A stretch of DNA of 64,000 nucleotides from Balanoglossus misakiensis (lineage: Eukaryota; Animalia; Hemichordata). A program made the translations under genes and the position numbers. Positions within the stretch are counted from its first letter, which is position 1, and every line of letters begins with the position of its first letter. The notes under the pieces are model-generated. The model was given only the letters and a program-made list of their open reading frames with translations, made no database searches and had not been told where the DNA came from. Location: the NCBI GenBank assembly GCA_040954595.2, contig CM082586.2, positions 2,671,124 to 2,735,123 of the forward strand. The letters are read 5' to 3'. Positions 52,907 to 64,000 of the stretch are shown here, piece by piece.

Positions 52907-53411
52907 TTTGCGGTGGTGTTTTATATTACAACCAGAAGATCGACTAGTGCTTAGTGTATCCCGGGTGTGTGGTACTAGAGACACCTGTTCCCGGAGCGCA
53001 CACCGTGAGTAGAGTATACCTTGATCGTGGTGTTGTGTCAAAGTGAGCCTCCGACCATTTCGTTGGCGTTCGGTTCTCGTTCAATCCCAAACTCTGTGCG
53101 AGAGATGTTATAGACTGGAAGTAGTGTGGTCCTCTCGGACGTCCTGTGTTTGAACGCTACGAGCTGTTATTGGGTGTGCGACCGAGCATTCTATACTAAT
53201 ACTATAACCGTTCTTTTTGTTGGTGAAATTTGTATTAGAAGTGCCCTCTAGGTGAATAGAAAATGTTTTAATGGGTTTACCTAGGTTGGTGATATTGAAT
53301 TGATACAATGATGTGAGCACGTCAGTCAGAGATGATTGTTGATTGTCCATCATGCTTCATTTTCTGTGCACATGGTTGCCGTGACGAGATCAGTATTAAT
53401 TTATGAGGAAA

Positions 53412-53470
53412 TGGAGGAGGGGGAGGAGGAGGAGGGGGAGGAGGGGAGAGAAGAAGGAGGACGAAAGAAA
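53412..53470. repeat. GA-rich (GGA)n low-complexity tract
   Basis: Purine-only run, ggaggaggggggaggaggagg... Confidence 0.75.
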
Positions 53471-54088
53471 TAAAATAACTATGCTGGTCAGGAGAAAATT
53501 ATACTTTAGGTATTGCCGATCAAGCTGAACATTAATCAATATATCGCCAGCCGAACATCAGTCAATTAGGAATCACTCATACTCACATTTACATATAGAT
53601 TTACATAAATTTACATATAGATGGCTTGATGCTTTGGAAGGATGAACTTGTTGTTGGATGACAATTCGTCATTTTAATCTAACAGTTGATGCGTATGACA
53701 GGCCAGAAATGACATCTATGGTTTATTGTTATTTATCATCAGTGATTCCGATCCGTGTATGGAATAAACAAATAATACTAGAATACTCTGGCCAATCGCC
53801 GGATCGTTGGAAATTAAATTGCTGCATGTACATCAAACGCGGATATTAAAGAGTTCAAAACCCCTTTTCTTGCGCGAGATCCCCAGAGGCAAAACGCAAA
53901 CGGCTATTTAATCATGGACGTATGAGAGAGTGATTATATATAGCTGGAAACAACGACGTGCATGCAATGACTCGTGAGCTTCATTCTCTCTCAGGTGATA
54001 TGGATCTTTGGATCGAGGCTGCAGGGCAATAGGGATCCCTTAAACTCTCCCCCAGACGCCAAGATGCTGAAGATTTCGGAGCTGATTT

Positions 54089-57000
54089 AGTCGAAAAATT
54101 GTCATTTTTGGATGATTTTCATGAGCTATAACCCATGGTTTTTTAAAAAAAATGAAGAAATTTTGATATCTCGCAAAGTCGAAAAATTGTCATTTTTGGA
54201 TGATTTTCATGAGCTATAACCCATGGTTTTTTCAAAAAAATGAAGAAATTTTGATATTTCGCAAAGTCGAAAAATTGTCATTTTTGGATGATTTTCATGA
54301 GCTATAACCCATGGTTTTTTCAAAAAAATGAAGAAATTTTGATTTTTCGCAAAGTCGAAAAATTGTCATTTTTGGATGATTTTCATGAGCTATAACCCAT
54401 GTTTTTTTCAAAAAAATGAAGAAATTTTGATATTTCGCAAAGTCGAAAAATTGTCATTTTTGGATGATTTTCATGAGCTATAACCCATGGTTTTTTCAAA
54501 AAAATGAAGAAATTTTGATATTTCGCAAAGTCGAAAAATTGTCATTTTTGGATGATTTTCATGAGCTATAACCCATGGTTTTTTCAAAAAAATGAAGAAA
54601 TTTTGATATTTCGCAAAGTCGAAAAATTGTCATTTTTGGATGATTTTCATGAGCTATAACCCATGGTTTTTTCAAAAAAATGAAGAAATTTTGATATTTC
54701 GCAAAGTCGAAAAATTGTCATTTTTGGATGATTTTCATGAGCTATAACCCATGGTTTTTTCAAAAAAATGAAGAAATTTTGATATTTCGCAAAGTCGAAA
54801 AATTGTCATTTTTGGATGATTTTCATGAGCTATAACCCATGGTTTTTTCAAAAAAATGAAGAAATTTTGATATTTCGCAAAGTCGAAAAATTGTCATTTT
54901 TGGATGATTTTCATGAGCTATAACCCATGGTTTTTTCAAAAAAATGAAGAAATTTTGATATTTCGCAAAGTCGAAAAATTGTCATTTTTGGATGATTTTC
55001 ATGAGCTATAACCCATGGTTTTTTCAAAAAAATGAAGAAATTTTGATATTTCGCAAAGTCGAAAAATTGTCATTTTTGGATGATTTTCATGAGCTATATA
55101 ACCCATGGTTTTTTCAAAAAAATGAAGAAATTTTGATATTTCGCAAAGTCGAAAAATTGTCATTTTTGGATGATTTTCATGAGCTATATAACCCATGGTT
55201 TTTTCAAAAAAATGAAGAAATTTTGATATTTCGCAAAGTCGAAAAATTGTCATTTTTGGATGATTTTCATGAGCTATATAACCCATGGTTTTTTCAAAAA
55301 AATGAAGAAATTTTGATATTTCGCAAAGTCGAAAAATTGTCATTTTTGGATGATTTTCATGAGCTATAACCCATGGTTTTTTCAAAAAAATGAAGAAATT
55401 TTGATATTTCGCAAAGTCGAAAAATTGTCATTTTTGGATGATTTTCATGAGCTATAACCCATGGTTTTTTTCAAAAAAATGAAGAAATTTTGATATTTCG
55501 CAAAGTCGAAAAATTGTCATTTTTGGATGATTTTCATGAGCTATAACCCATGGTTTTTTTCAAAAAAATGAAGAAATTTTGATTTTTCGCAAAGTCGAAA
55601 AATTGTCATTTTTGGATGATTTTCATGAGCTATAACCCATGGTTTTTTCAAAAAAATGAAGAAATTTTGATTTTTCGCAAAGTCGAAAAATTGTCATTTT
55701 TGGATGATTTTCATGAGCTATAACCCATGGTTTTTTCAAAAAAATGAAGAAATTTTGATTTTTCGCAAAGTCGAAAAATTGTCATTTTTGGATGATTTTC
55801 ATGAGCTATAACCCATGGTTTTTTCAAAAAAATGAAGAAATTTTGATTTTTCGCAAAGTCGAAAAATTGTCATTTTTGGATGATTTTTATGAGCTATAAC
55901 CCATGGTTTTTTCAAAAAAATGAAGAAATTTTGATTTTTCGCAAAGTCGAAAAATTGTCATTTTTGGATGATTTTCATGAGCTATAACCCATGGTTTTTT
56001 TTCAAAAAAATGGAGAAATTTTGATTTTTCGCAAAGTCGAAAAATTGTCATTTTTGGATGATTTTCATGAGCTATAACCCATGGTTTTTTCAAAAAAATG
56101 AAGAAATTTTGATTTTTCGCAAAGTCGAAAAATTGTCATTTTTGGATGATTTTCATGAGCTATAACCCATGGTTTTTTCAAAAAAATGAAGAAATTTTGA
56201 TTTTTCGCAAAGTCGAAAAATTGTCATTTTTGGATGATTTTCATGAGCTATAACCCATGGTTTTTTCAAAAAAATGAAGAAATTTTGATTTTTCGCAAAG
56301 TCGAAAAATTGTCATTTTTGGATGATTTTCATGAGCTATAACCCATGGTTTTTTCAAAAAAATGAAGAAATTTTGATTTTTCGCAAAGTCGAAAAATTGT
56401 CATTTTTGGATGATTTTCATGAGCTATAACCCATGGTTTTTTCAAAAAAATGAAGAAATTTTGATATTTCGCAAAGTCGAAAAATTGTCATTTTTGGATG
56501 ATTTTCATGAGCTATAACCCATGGTTTTTTCAAAAAATGAAGAAATTTTGATATTTCGCAAAGTCGAAAAATTGTCATTTTTGGATGATTTTCATGAGCT
56601 ATAACCCATGGTTTTTTCAAAAAAATGAAGAAATTTTGATATTTCGCAAAGTCGAAAAATTGTCATTTTTGGATGATTTTCATGAGCTATAACCCATGGT
56701 TTTTTCAAAAAAATGAAGAAATTTTGATATTTCGCAAAGTCGAAAAATTGTCATTTTTGGATGATTTTCATGAGCTATAACCCATGGTTTTTTCAAAAAA
56801 ATGAAGAAATTTTGATATTTCGCAAAGTCGAAAAATTGTCATTTTTGGATGATTTTCATGAGCTATAACCCATGGTTTTTTCAAAAAAATGAAGAAATTT
56901 TGATATTTCGCAAAGTCGAAAAATTGTCATTTTTGGATGATTTTCATGAGCTATAACCCATGGTTTTTTCAAAAAAATGAAGAAATTTTGATATTTCGCA

Positions 57001-60000
57001 AAGTCGAAAAATTGTCATTTTTGGATGATTTTCATGAGCTATAACCCATGGTTTTTTCAAAAAAATGAAGAAATTTTGATATTTCGCAAAGTCGAAAAAT
57101 TGTCATTTTTGGATGATTTTCATGAGCTATAACCCATGGTTTTTTCAAAAAAATGAAGAAATTTTGATATTTCGCAAAGTCGAAAAATTGTCATTTTTGG
57201 ATGATTTTCATGAGCTATAACCCATGGTTTTTTCAAAAAAATGAAGAAATTTTGATATTTCGCAAAGTCGAAAAATTGTCATTTTTGGATGATTTTCATG
57301 AGCTATAACCCATGGTTTTTTCAAAAAAATGAAGAAATTTTGATTTTTCGCAAAGTCGAAAAATTGTCATTTTTGGATGATTTTCATGAGCTATAACCCA
57401 TGGTTTTTTCAAAAAAATGAAGAAATTTTGATTTTTCGCAAAGTCGAAAAATTGTCATTTTTGGATGATTTTCATGAGCTATAACCCATGGTTTTTTCAA
57501 AAAAATGAAGAAATTTTGATTTTTCGCAAAGTCGAAAAATTGTCATTTTTGGATGATTTTCATGAGCTATAACCCATGGTTTTTTCAAAAAAATGAAGAA
57601 ATTTTGATTTTTCGCAAAGTCGAAAAATTGTCATTTTTGGATGATTTTCATGAGCTATAACCCATGGTTTTTTCAAAAAAATGAAGAAATTTTGATATTT
57701 CGCAAAGTCGAAAAATTGTCATTTTTGGATGATTTTCATGAGCTATAACCCATGGTTTTTTCAAAAAAATGAAGAAATTTTGATATTTCGCAAAGTCGAA
57801 AAATTGTCATTTTTGGATGATTTTCATGAGCTATAACCCATGGTTTTTTCAAAAAAATGAAGAAATTTTGATATTTCGCAAAGTCGAAAAATTGTCATTT
57901 TTGGATGATTTTCATGAGCTATAACCCATGGTTTTTTCAAAAAATGAAGAAATTTTGATATTTCGCAAAGTCGAAAAATTGTCATTTTTGGATGATTTTC
58001 ATGAGCTATAACCCATGGTTTTTTCAAAAAAATGAAGAAATTTTGATATTTCGCAAAGTCGAAAAATTGTCATTTTTGGATGATTTTCATGAGCTATAAC
58101 CCATGGTTTTTTTCAAAAAAATGAAGAAATTTTGATATTTCGCAAAGTCGAAAAATTGTCATTTTTGGATGATTTTCATGAGCTATAACCCATGGTTTTT
58201 TCAAAAAAATGAAGAAATTTTGATATTTCGCAAAGTCGAAAAATTGTCATTTTTGGATGATTTTCATGAGCTATAACCCATGGTTTTTTCAAAAAAATGA
58301 AGAAATTTTGATTTTTCGCAAAGTCGAAAAATTGTCATTTTTGGATGATTTTCATGAGCTATAACCCATGGTTTTTTCAAAAAAATGAAGAAATTTTGAT
58401 TTTTCGCAAAGTCGAAAAATTGTCATTTGTGGATGATTTTCATGAGCTATAACCCATGGTTTTTTCAAAAAAATGAAGAAATTTTGATTTTTCGCAAAGT
58501 CGAAAAATTGTCATTTTTGGATGATTTTCATGAGCTATAACCCATGGTTTTTTCAAAAAAATGAAGAAATTTTGATTTTTCGCAAAGTCGAAAAATTGTC
58601 ATTTTGGATGATTTTCATGAGCTATAACCCATGGTTTTTTCAAAAAAATGAAGAAATTTTGATTTTTCGCAAAGTCGAAAAATTGTCATTTTTGGATGAT
58701 TTTCATGAGCTATAACCCATGGTTTTTTTCAAAAAAATGAAGAAATTTTGATTTTTCGCAAAGTCGAAAAATTGTCATTTTTGGATGATTTTCATGAGCT
58801 ATAACCCATGGTTTTTTTCAAAAAAATGAAGAAATTTTGATTTTTCGCAAAGTCGAAAAATTGTCATTTTTGGATGATTTTCATGAGCTATAACCCATGG
58901 TTTTTTCAAAAAAATGAAGAAATTTTGATATTTCGCAAAGTCGAAAAATTGTCATTTTTGGATGATTTTCATGAGCTATAACCCATGGTTTTTTCAAAAA
59001 AATGAAGAAATTTTGATATTTCGCAAAGTCGAAAAATTGTCATTTTTGGATGATTTTCATGAGCTATAACCCATGGTTTTTTCAAAAAAATGAAGAAATT
59101 TTGATTTTTCGCAAAGTCGAAAAATTGTCATTTTTGGATGATTTTCATGAGCTATAACCCATGGTTTTTCAAAAAAATGAAGAAATTTTGATTTTTCGCA
59201 AAGTCGAAAAATTGTCATTTTTGGATGATTTTCATGAGCTATAACCCATGGTTTTTTCAAAAAAATGAAGAAATTTTGATTTTTCGCAAAGTCGAAAAAT
59301 TGTCATTTTTGGATGATTTTCATGAGCTATAACCCATGGTTTTTTCAAAAAAATGAAGAAATTTTGATTTTTCGCAAAGTCGAAAAATTGTCATTTTTGG
59401 ATGATTTTCATGAGCTATAACCCATGGTTTTTTCAAAAAAATGAAGAAATTTTGATTTTTCGCAAAGTCGAAAAATTGTCATTTTTGGATGATTTTCATG
59501 AGCTATAACCCATGGTTTTTTCAAAAAAATGAAGAAATTTTGATTTTTCGCAAAGTCGAAAAATTGTCATTTTTGGATGATTTTCATGAGCTATAACCCA
59601 TGGATTTTTCAAAAAAATGAAGAAATTTTGATATTTCGCAAAGTCGAAAAATTGTCATTTTTGGATGATTTTCATGAGCTATAACCCATGGTTTTTTCAA
59701 AAAAATGAAGAAATTTTGATTTTTCGCAAAGTCGAAAAATTGTCATTTTTGGATGATTTTCATGAGCTATAACCCATGGTTTTTTCAAAAAAATGAAGAA
59801 ATTTTGATTTTTCGCAAAGTCGAAAAATTGTCATTTTTGGATGATTTTCATGAGCTATAACCCATGGTTTTTTCAAAAAAATGAAGAAATTTTGATTTTT
59901 CGCAAAGTCGAAAAATTGTCATTTTTGGATGATTTTCATGAGCTATAACCCATGGTTTTTTCAAAAAAGTGAAGAAATTTTGATATTTCGCAAAGTCGAA

Positions 60001-63000
60001 AAATTGTCATTTTTGGATGATTTTCATGAGCTATAACCCATGTTTTTTTCAAAAAAGTGAAGAAATTTTGATTTTTCGCAAAGTCGAAAAATTGTCATTT
60101 TTGGATGATTTTCATGAGCTATAACCCATGGTTTTTTCAAAAAAATGAAGAAATTTTGATTTTTCGCAAAGTCGAAAAATTGTCATTTTTGGATGATTTT
60201 CATGAGCTATAACCCATGGTTTTTTCAAAAAAATGAAGAAATTTTGATTTTTCGCAAAGTCGAAAAATTGTCATTTTTGGATGATTTTCATGAGCTAAAA
60301 CCCATGGTTTTTTCAAAAAAATGAAGAAATTTTGATTTTTCGCAAAGTCGAAAAATTGTCATTTTTGGATGATTTTCATGAGCTATAACCCATGGTTTTT
60401 TCAAAAAAATGAAGAAATTTTGATATTTCGCAAAGTCGAAAAATTGTCATTTTTGGATGATTTTCATGAGCTATAACCCATGGTTTTTTCAAAAAAATGA
60501 AGAAATTTTGATATTTCGCAAAGTCGAAAAATTGTCATTTTTGGATGATTTTCATGAGCTATAACCCATGGTTTTTTCAAAAAAATGAAGAAATTTTGAT
60601 TTTTCGCAAAGTCGAAAAATTGTCATTTTTGGATGATTTTCATGAGCTATAACCCATGGTTTTTTCAAAAAAATGAAGAAATTTTGATTTTTCGCAAAGT
60701 CGAAAAATTGTCATTTTTGGATGATTTTCATGAGCTATAACCCATGGTTTTTTCAAAAAAATGAAGAAATTTTGATTTTTCGCAAAGTCGAAAAATTGTC
60801 ATTTTTGGATGATTTTCATGAGCTATAACCCATGGTTTTTTAAAAAAAATGAAGAAATTTTGATTTTTCGCAAAGTCGAAAAATTGTCATTTTTGGATGA
60901 TTTTCATGAGCTATAACCCATGGTTTTTTAAAAAAAATGAAGAAATTTTGATTTTTCGCAAAGTCGAAAAATTGTCATTTTTGGATGATTTTCATGAGCT
61001 ATAACCCATGGTTTTTTAAAAAAAATGAAGAAATTTTGATTTTTCGCAAAGTCGAAAAATTGTCATTTTTGGATGATTTTCATGAGCTATAACCCATGGT
61101 TTTTTCAAAAAAATGAAGAAATTTTGATATTTCGCAAAGTCGAAAAATTGTCATTTTTGGATGATTTTCATGAGCTATAACCCATGGTTTTTTTAAAAAA
61201 TGAAGAAATTTTGATTTTTCGCAAAGTCGAAAAATTGTCATTTTGGATGATTTTCATGAGCTATAACCCATGGTTTTTTCAAAAAAATGAAGAAATTTTG
61301 ATTTTTCGCAAAGTCGAAAAATTGTCATTTTTGGATGATTTTCATGAGCTATAACCCATGGTTTTTTCAAAAAAATGAAGAAATTTTGATTTTTCGCAAA
61401 GTCGAAAAATTGTCATTTTTGGATGATTTTCATGAGCTATAACCCATGGTTTTTTCAAAAAAATGAAGAAATTTTGATTTTTCGCAAAGTCGAAAAATTG
61501 TCATTTTTGGATGATTTTCATGAGCTATAACCCATGGTTTTTTCAAAAAAATGAAGAAATTTTGATTTTTCGCAAAGTCGAAAAATTGTCATTTTTGGAT
61601 GATTTTCATAAGCTAAAACCCATGGTTTTTTCAAAAAAATGAAGAAATTTTGATATTTCGCAAAGTCGAAAAATTGTCATTTTTGGATGATTTTCATGAG
61701 CTATAACCCATGGTTTTTTCAAAAAATGAAGAAATTTTGATATTTCGCAAAGTCGAAAAATTGTCATTTTTGGATGATTTTCATGAGCTATAACCCATGG
61801 TTTTTTCAAAAAAATGAAGAAATTTTGATTTTTCGCAAAGTCGAAAAATTGTCATTTTTGGATGATTTTCATGAGCTATAACCCATGGTTTTTTCAAAAA
61901 AATGAAGAAATTTTGATTTTTCGCAAAGTCGAAAAATTGTCATTTTTGGATGATTTTCATGAGCTATAACCCATGGTTTTTTAAAAAAATGAAGAAATTT
62001 TGATTTTTCGCAAAGTCGAAAAATTGTCATTTTTGGATGATTTTCATGAGCTATAACCCATGGTTTTTTAAAAAAAATGAAGAAATTTTGATTTTTCGCA
62101 AAGTCGAAAAATTGTCATTTCTGGATGATTTTCATGAGCTATAACCCATGGTTTTTTCAAAAAAATGAAGAAATTTTGATTTTTCGCAAAGTCGAAAAAT
62201 TGTCATTTTTGGATGATTTTCATGAGCTATAACCCATGGTTTTTTTAAAAAAAATGAAGAAATTTTGATTTTTCGCAAAGTCGAAAAATTGTCATTTTTG
62301 GATGATTTTCATGAGCTATAACCCATGGTTTTTTCAAAAAAATGAAGAAATTTTGATATTTCGCAAAGTCGAAAAATTGTCATTTTTGGATGATTTTCAT
62401 GAGCTATAACCCATGGTTTTTTTAAAAAAATGAAGAAATTTTGATTTTTCGCAAAGTCGAAAAATTGTCATTTTGGATGATTTTCATGAGCTATAACCCA
62501 TGGTTTTTTCAAAAAAATGAAGAAATTTTGATTTTTCGCAAAGTCGAAAAATTGTCATTTTTGGATGATTTTCATGAACTATAACCCATGGTTTTTTCAA
62601 AAAAATGAAGAAATTTTGATTTTTCGCAAAGTCGAAAAATTGTCATTTTTGGATGATTTTCATGAGCTATAACCCATGGTTTTTTCAAAAAAATGAAGAA
62701 ATTTTGATTTTTCGCAAAGTCGAAAAATTGTCATTTTTGGATGATTTTCATGAGCTATAACCCATGGTTTTTTCAAAAAAATGAAGAAATTTTGATTTTT
62801 CGCAAAGTCGAAAAATTGTCATTTTTGGATGATTTTCATGAGCTAAAACCCATGGTTTTTTCAAAAAAATGAAGAAATTTTGATTTTTCGCAAAGTCGAA
62901 AAATTGTCATTTTTGGATGATTTTCATGAGCTATAACCCATGGTTTTTTAAAAAAAATGAAGAAATTTTGATTTTTCGCAAAGTCGAAAAATTGTCATTT

Positions 63001-64000
63001 TTGGATGATTTTCATGAGCTATAACCCATGGTTTTTTCAAAAAAATGAAGAAATTTTGATATTTCGCAAAGTCGAAAAATTGTCATTTTTGGATGATTTT
63101 CATGAGCTATAACCCATGGTTTTTTCAAAAAAATGAAGAAATTTTGATATTTCGCAAAGTCGAAAAATTGTCATTTTTGGATGATTTTCATGAGCTATAA
63201 CCCATGGTTTTTTCAAAAAAATGAAGAAATTTTGATTTTTCGCAAAGTCGAAAAATTGTCATTTTTGGATGATTTTCATGAGCTATAACCCATGGTTTTT
63301 TCAAAAAAATGAAGAAATTTTGATTTTTCGCAAAGTCGAAAAATTGTCATTTTTGGATGATTTTCATGAGCTATAACCCATGGTTTTTTCAAAAAAATGA
63401 AGAAATTTTGATATTTCGCAAAGTCGAAAAATTGTCATTTTTGGATGATTTTCATGAGCTATAACCCATGGTTTTTTAAAAAAAATGAAGAAATTTTGAT
63501 TTTTCGCAAAGTCGAAAAATTGTCATTTTTGGATGATTTTCATGAGCTATAACCCATGGTTTTTTCAAAAAAATGAAGAAATTTTGATTTTTCGCAAAGT
63601 CGAAAAATTGTCATTTTGGATGATTTTCATGAGCTATAGCCCATGGTTTTTTCAAAAAAATGAAGAAATTTTGATTTTTCGCAAAGTCGAAAAATTGTCA
63701 TTTTTGGATGATTTTCATGAGCTATAACCCATGGTTTTTTCAAAAAAATGAAGAAATTTTGATTTTTCGCAAAGTCGAAAAATTGTCATTTTTGGATGAT
63801 TTTCATGAGCTATAACCCATGGTTTTTTCAAAAAAATGAAGAAATTTTGATTTTTCGCAAAGTCGAAAAATTGTCATTTTTGGATGATTTTCATGAGCTA
63901 TAACCCATGGTTTTTTCAAAAAAATGAAGAAATTTTGATATTTCGCAAAGTCGAAAAATTGTCATTTTTGGATGATTTTCATGAGCTATAACCCATGGTT
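54089..64000. repeat. AT-rich 88-bp satellite array, about 112 monomers visible, continuing beyond the window
   Basis: Consensus agtcgaaaaattgtcatttttggatgattttcatgagctataacccatggttttttcaaaaaaatgaagaaattttgat(a/t)tttcgcaa. The period is 88 (gtcg at 54090, 54178, 54266). Monomers usually differ by 0-2 nt. Confidence 0.99.

Noticed and set aside
54257-54273. CENP-B box in the monomer (TTTCGCAAAGTCGAAA)
   Set aside because: The TTCG-to-CG spacing is 6 rather than 7 and the CGGG end is missing.
54992-63727. Repetitive ORFs inside the satellite
   Set aside because: They arise only where indel variants shift the 88-bp period into frame; no evidence of coding.
54089-64000. CRISPR-like array
   Set aside because: There are no unique spacers and no cas genes, and the context is eukaryotic; this is a head-to-tail satellite.

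Overview
Intron-rich animal genomic DNA, probably from a marine invertebrate (deuterostome-like; taxon is inferred, not established). I assembled seven protein-coding genes by hand from splice sites and reading frames. (1) The 3' end of a CUB/LDLa-repeat protein gene (+, 1-1999) containing one decayed LDLa exon. (2) A class A peptide-receptor-like GPCR with an intronless CDS (-, 2823-3938). (3) A 13-exon His-rich gene with a CCDC60/DUF4698-like C-terminus (+, 17314-25541). (4-6) Three highly diverged paralogues with the same 5-exon signal-CUB-LDLa-LDLa-TM layout (-, 27137-32015, 35638-39311, 48001-52906). (7) An 11-finger C2H2 gene with an AT-hook (+, 41818-44693), inserted in opposite orientation inside that cluster. 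Its N-terminal module aligns without gaps to the SRF MADS-box core. The window also holds a Tc1/pogo-type MITE, a PIF/Harbinger-type MITE, several microsatellites and about 9.9 kb of a very homogeneous 88-bp satellite that runs off the window end and shows early higher-order structure. The best leads are the MADS-like zinc-finger fusion, the CUB-LDLa receptor trio with its shared rearranged cysteine pattern, and the satellite. All family assignments rest on motif recognition; no database search was run.
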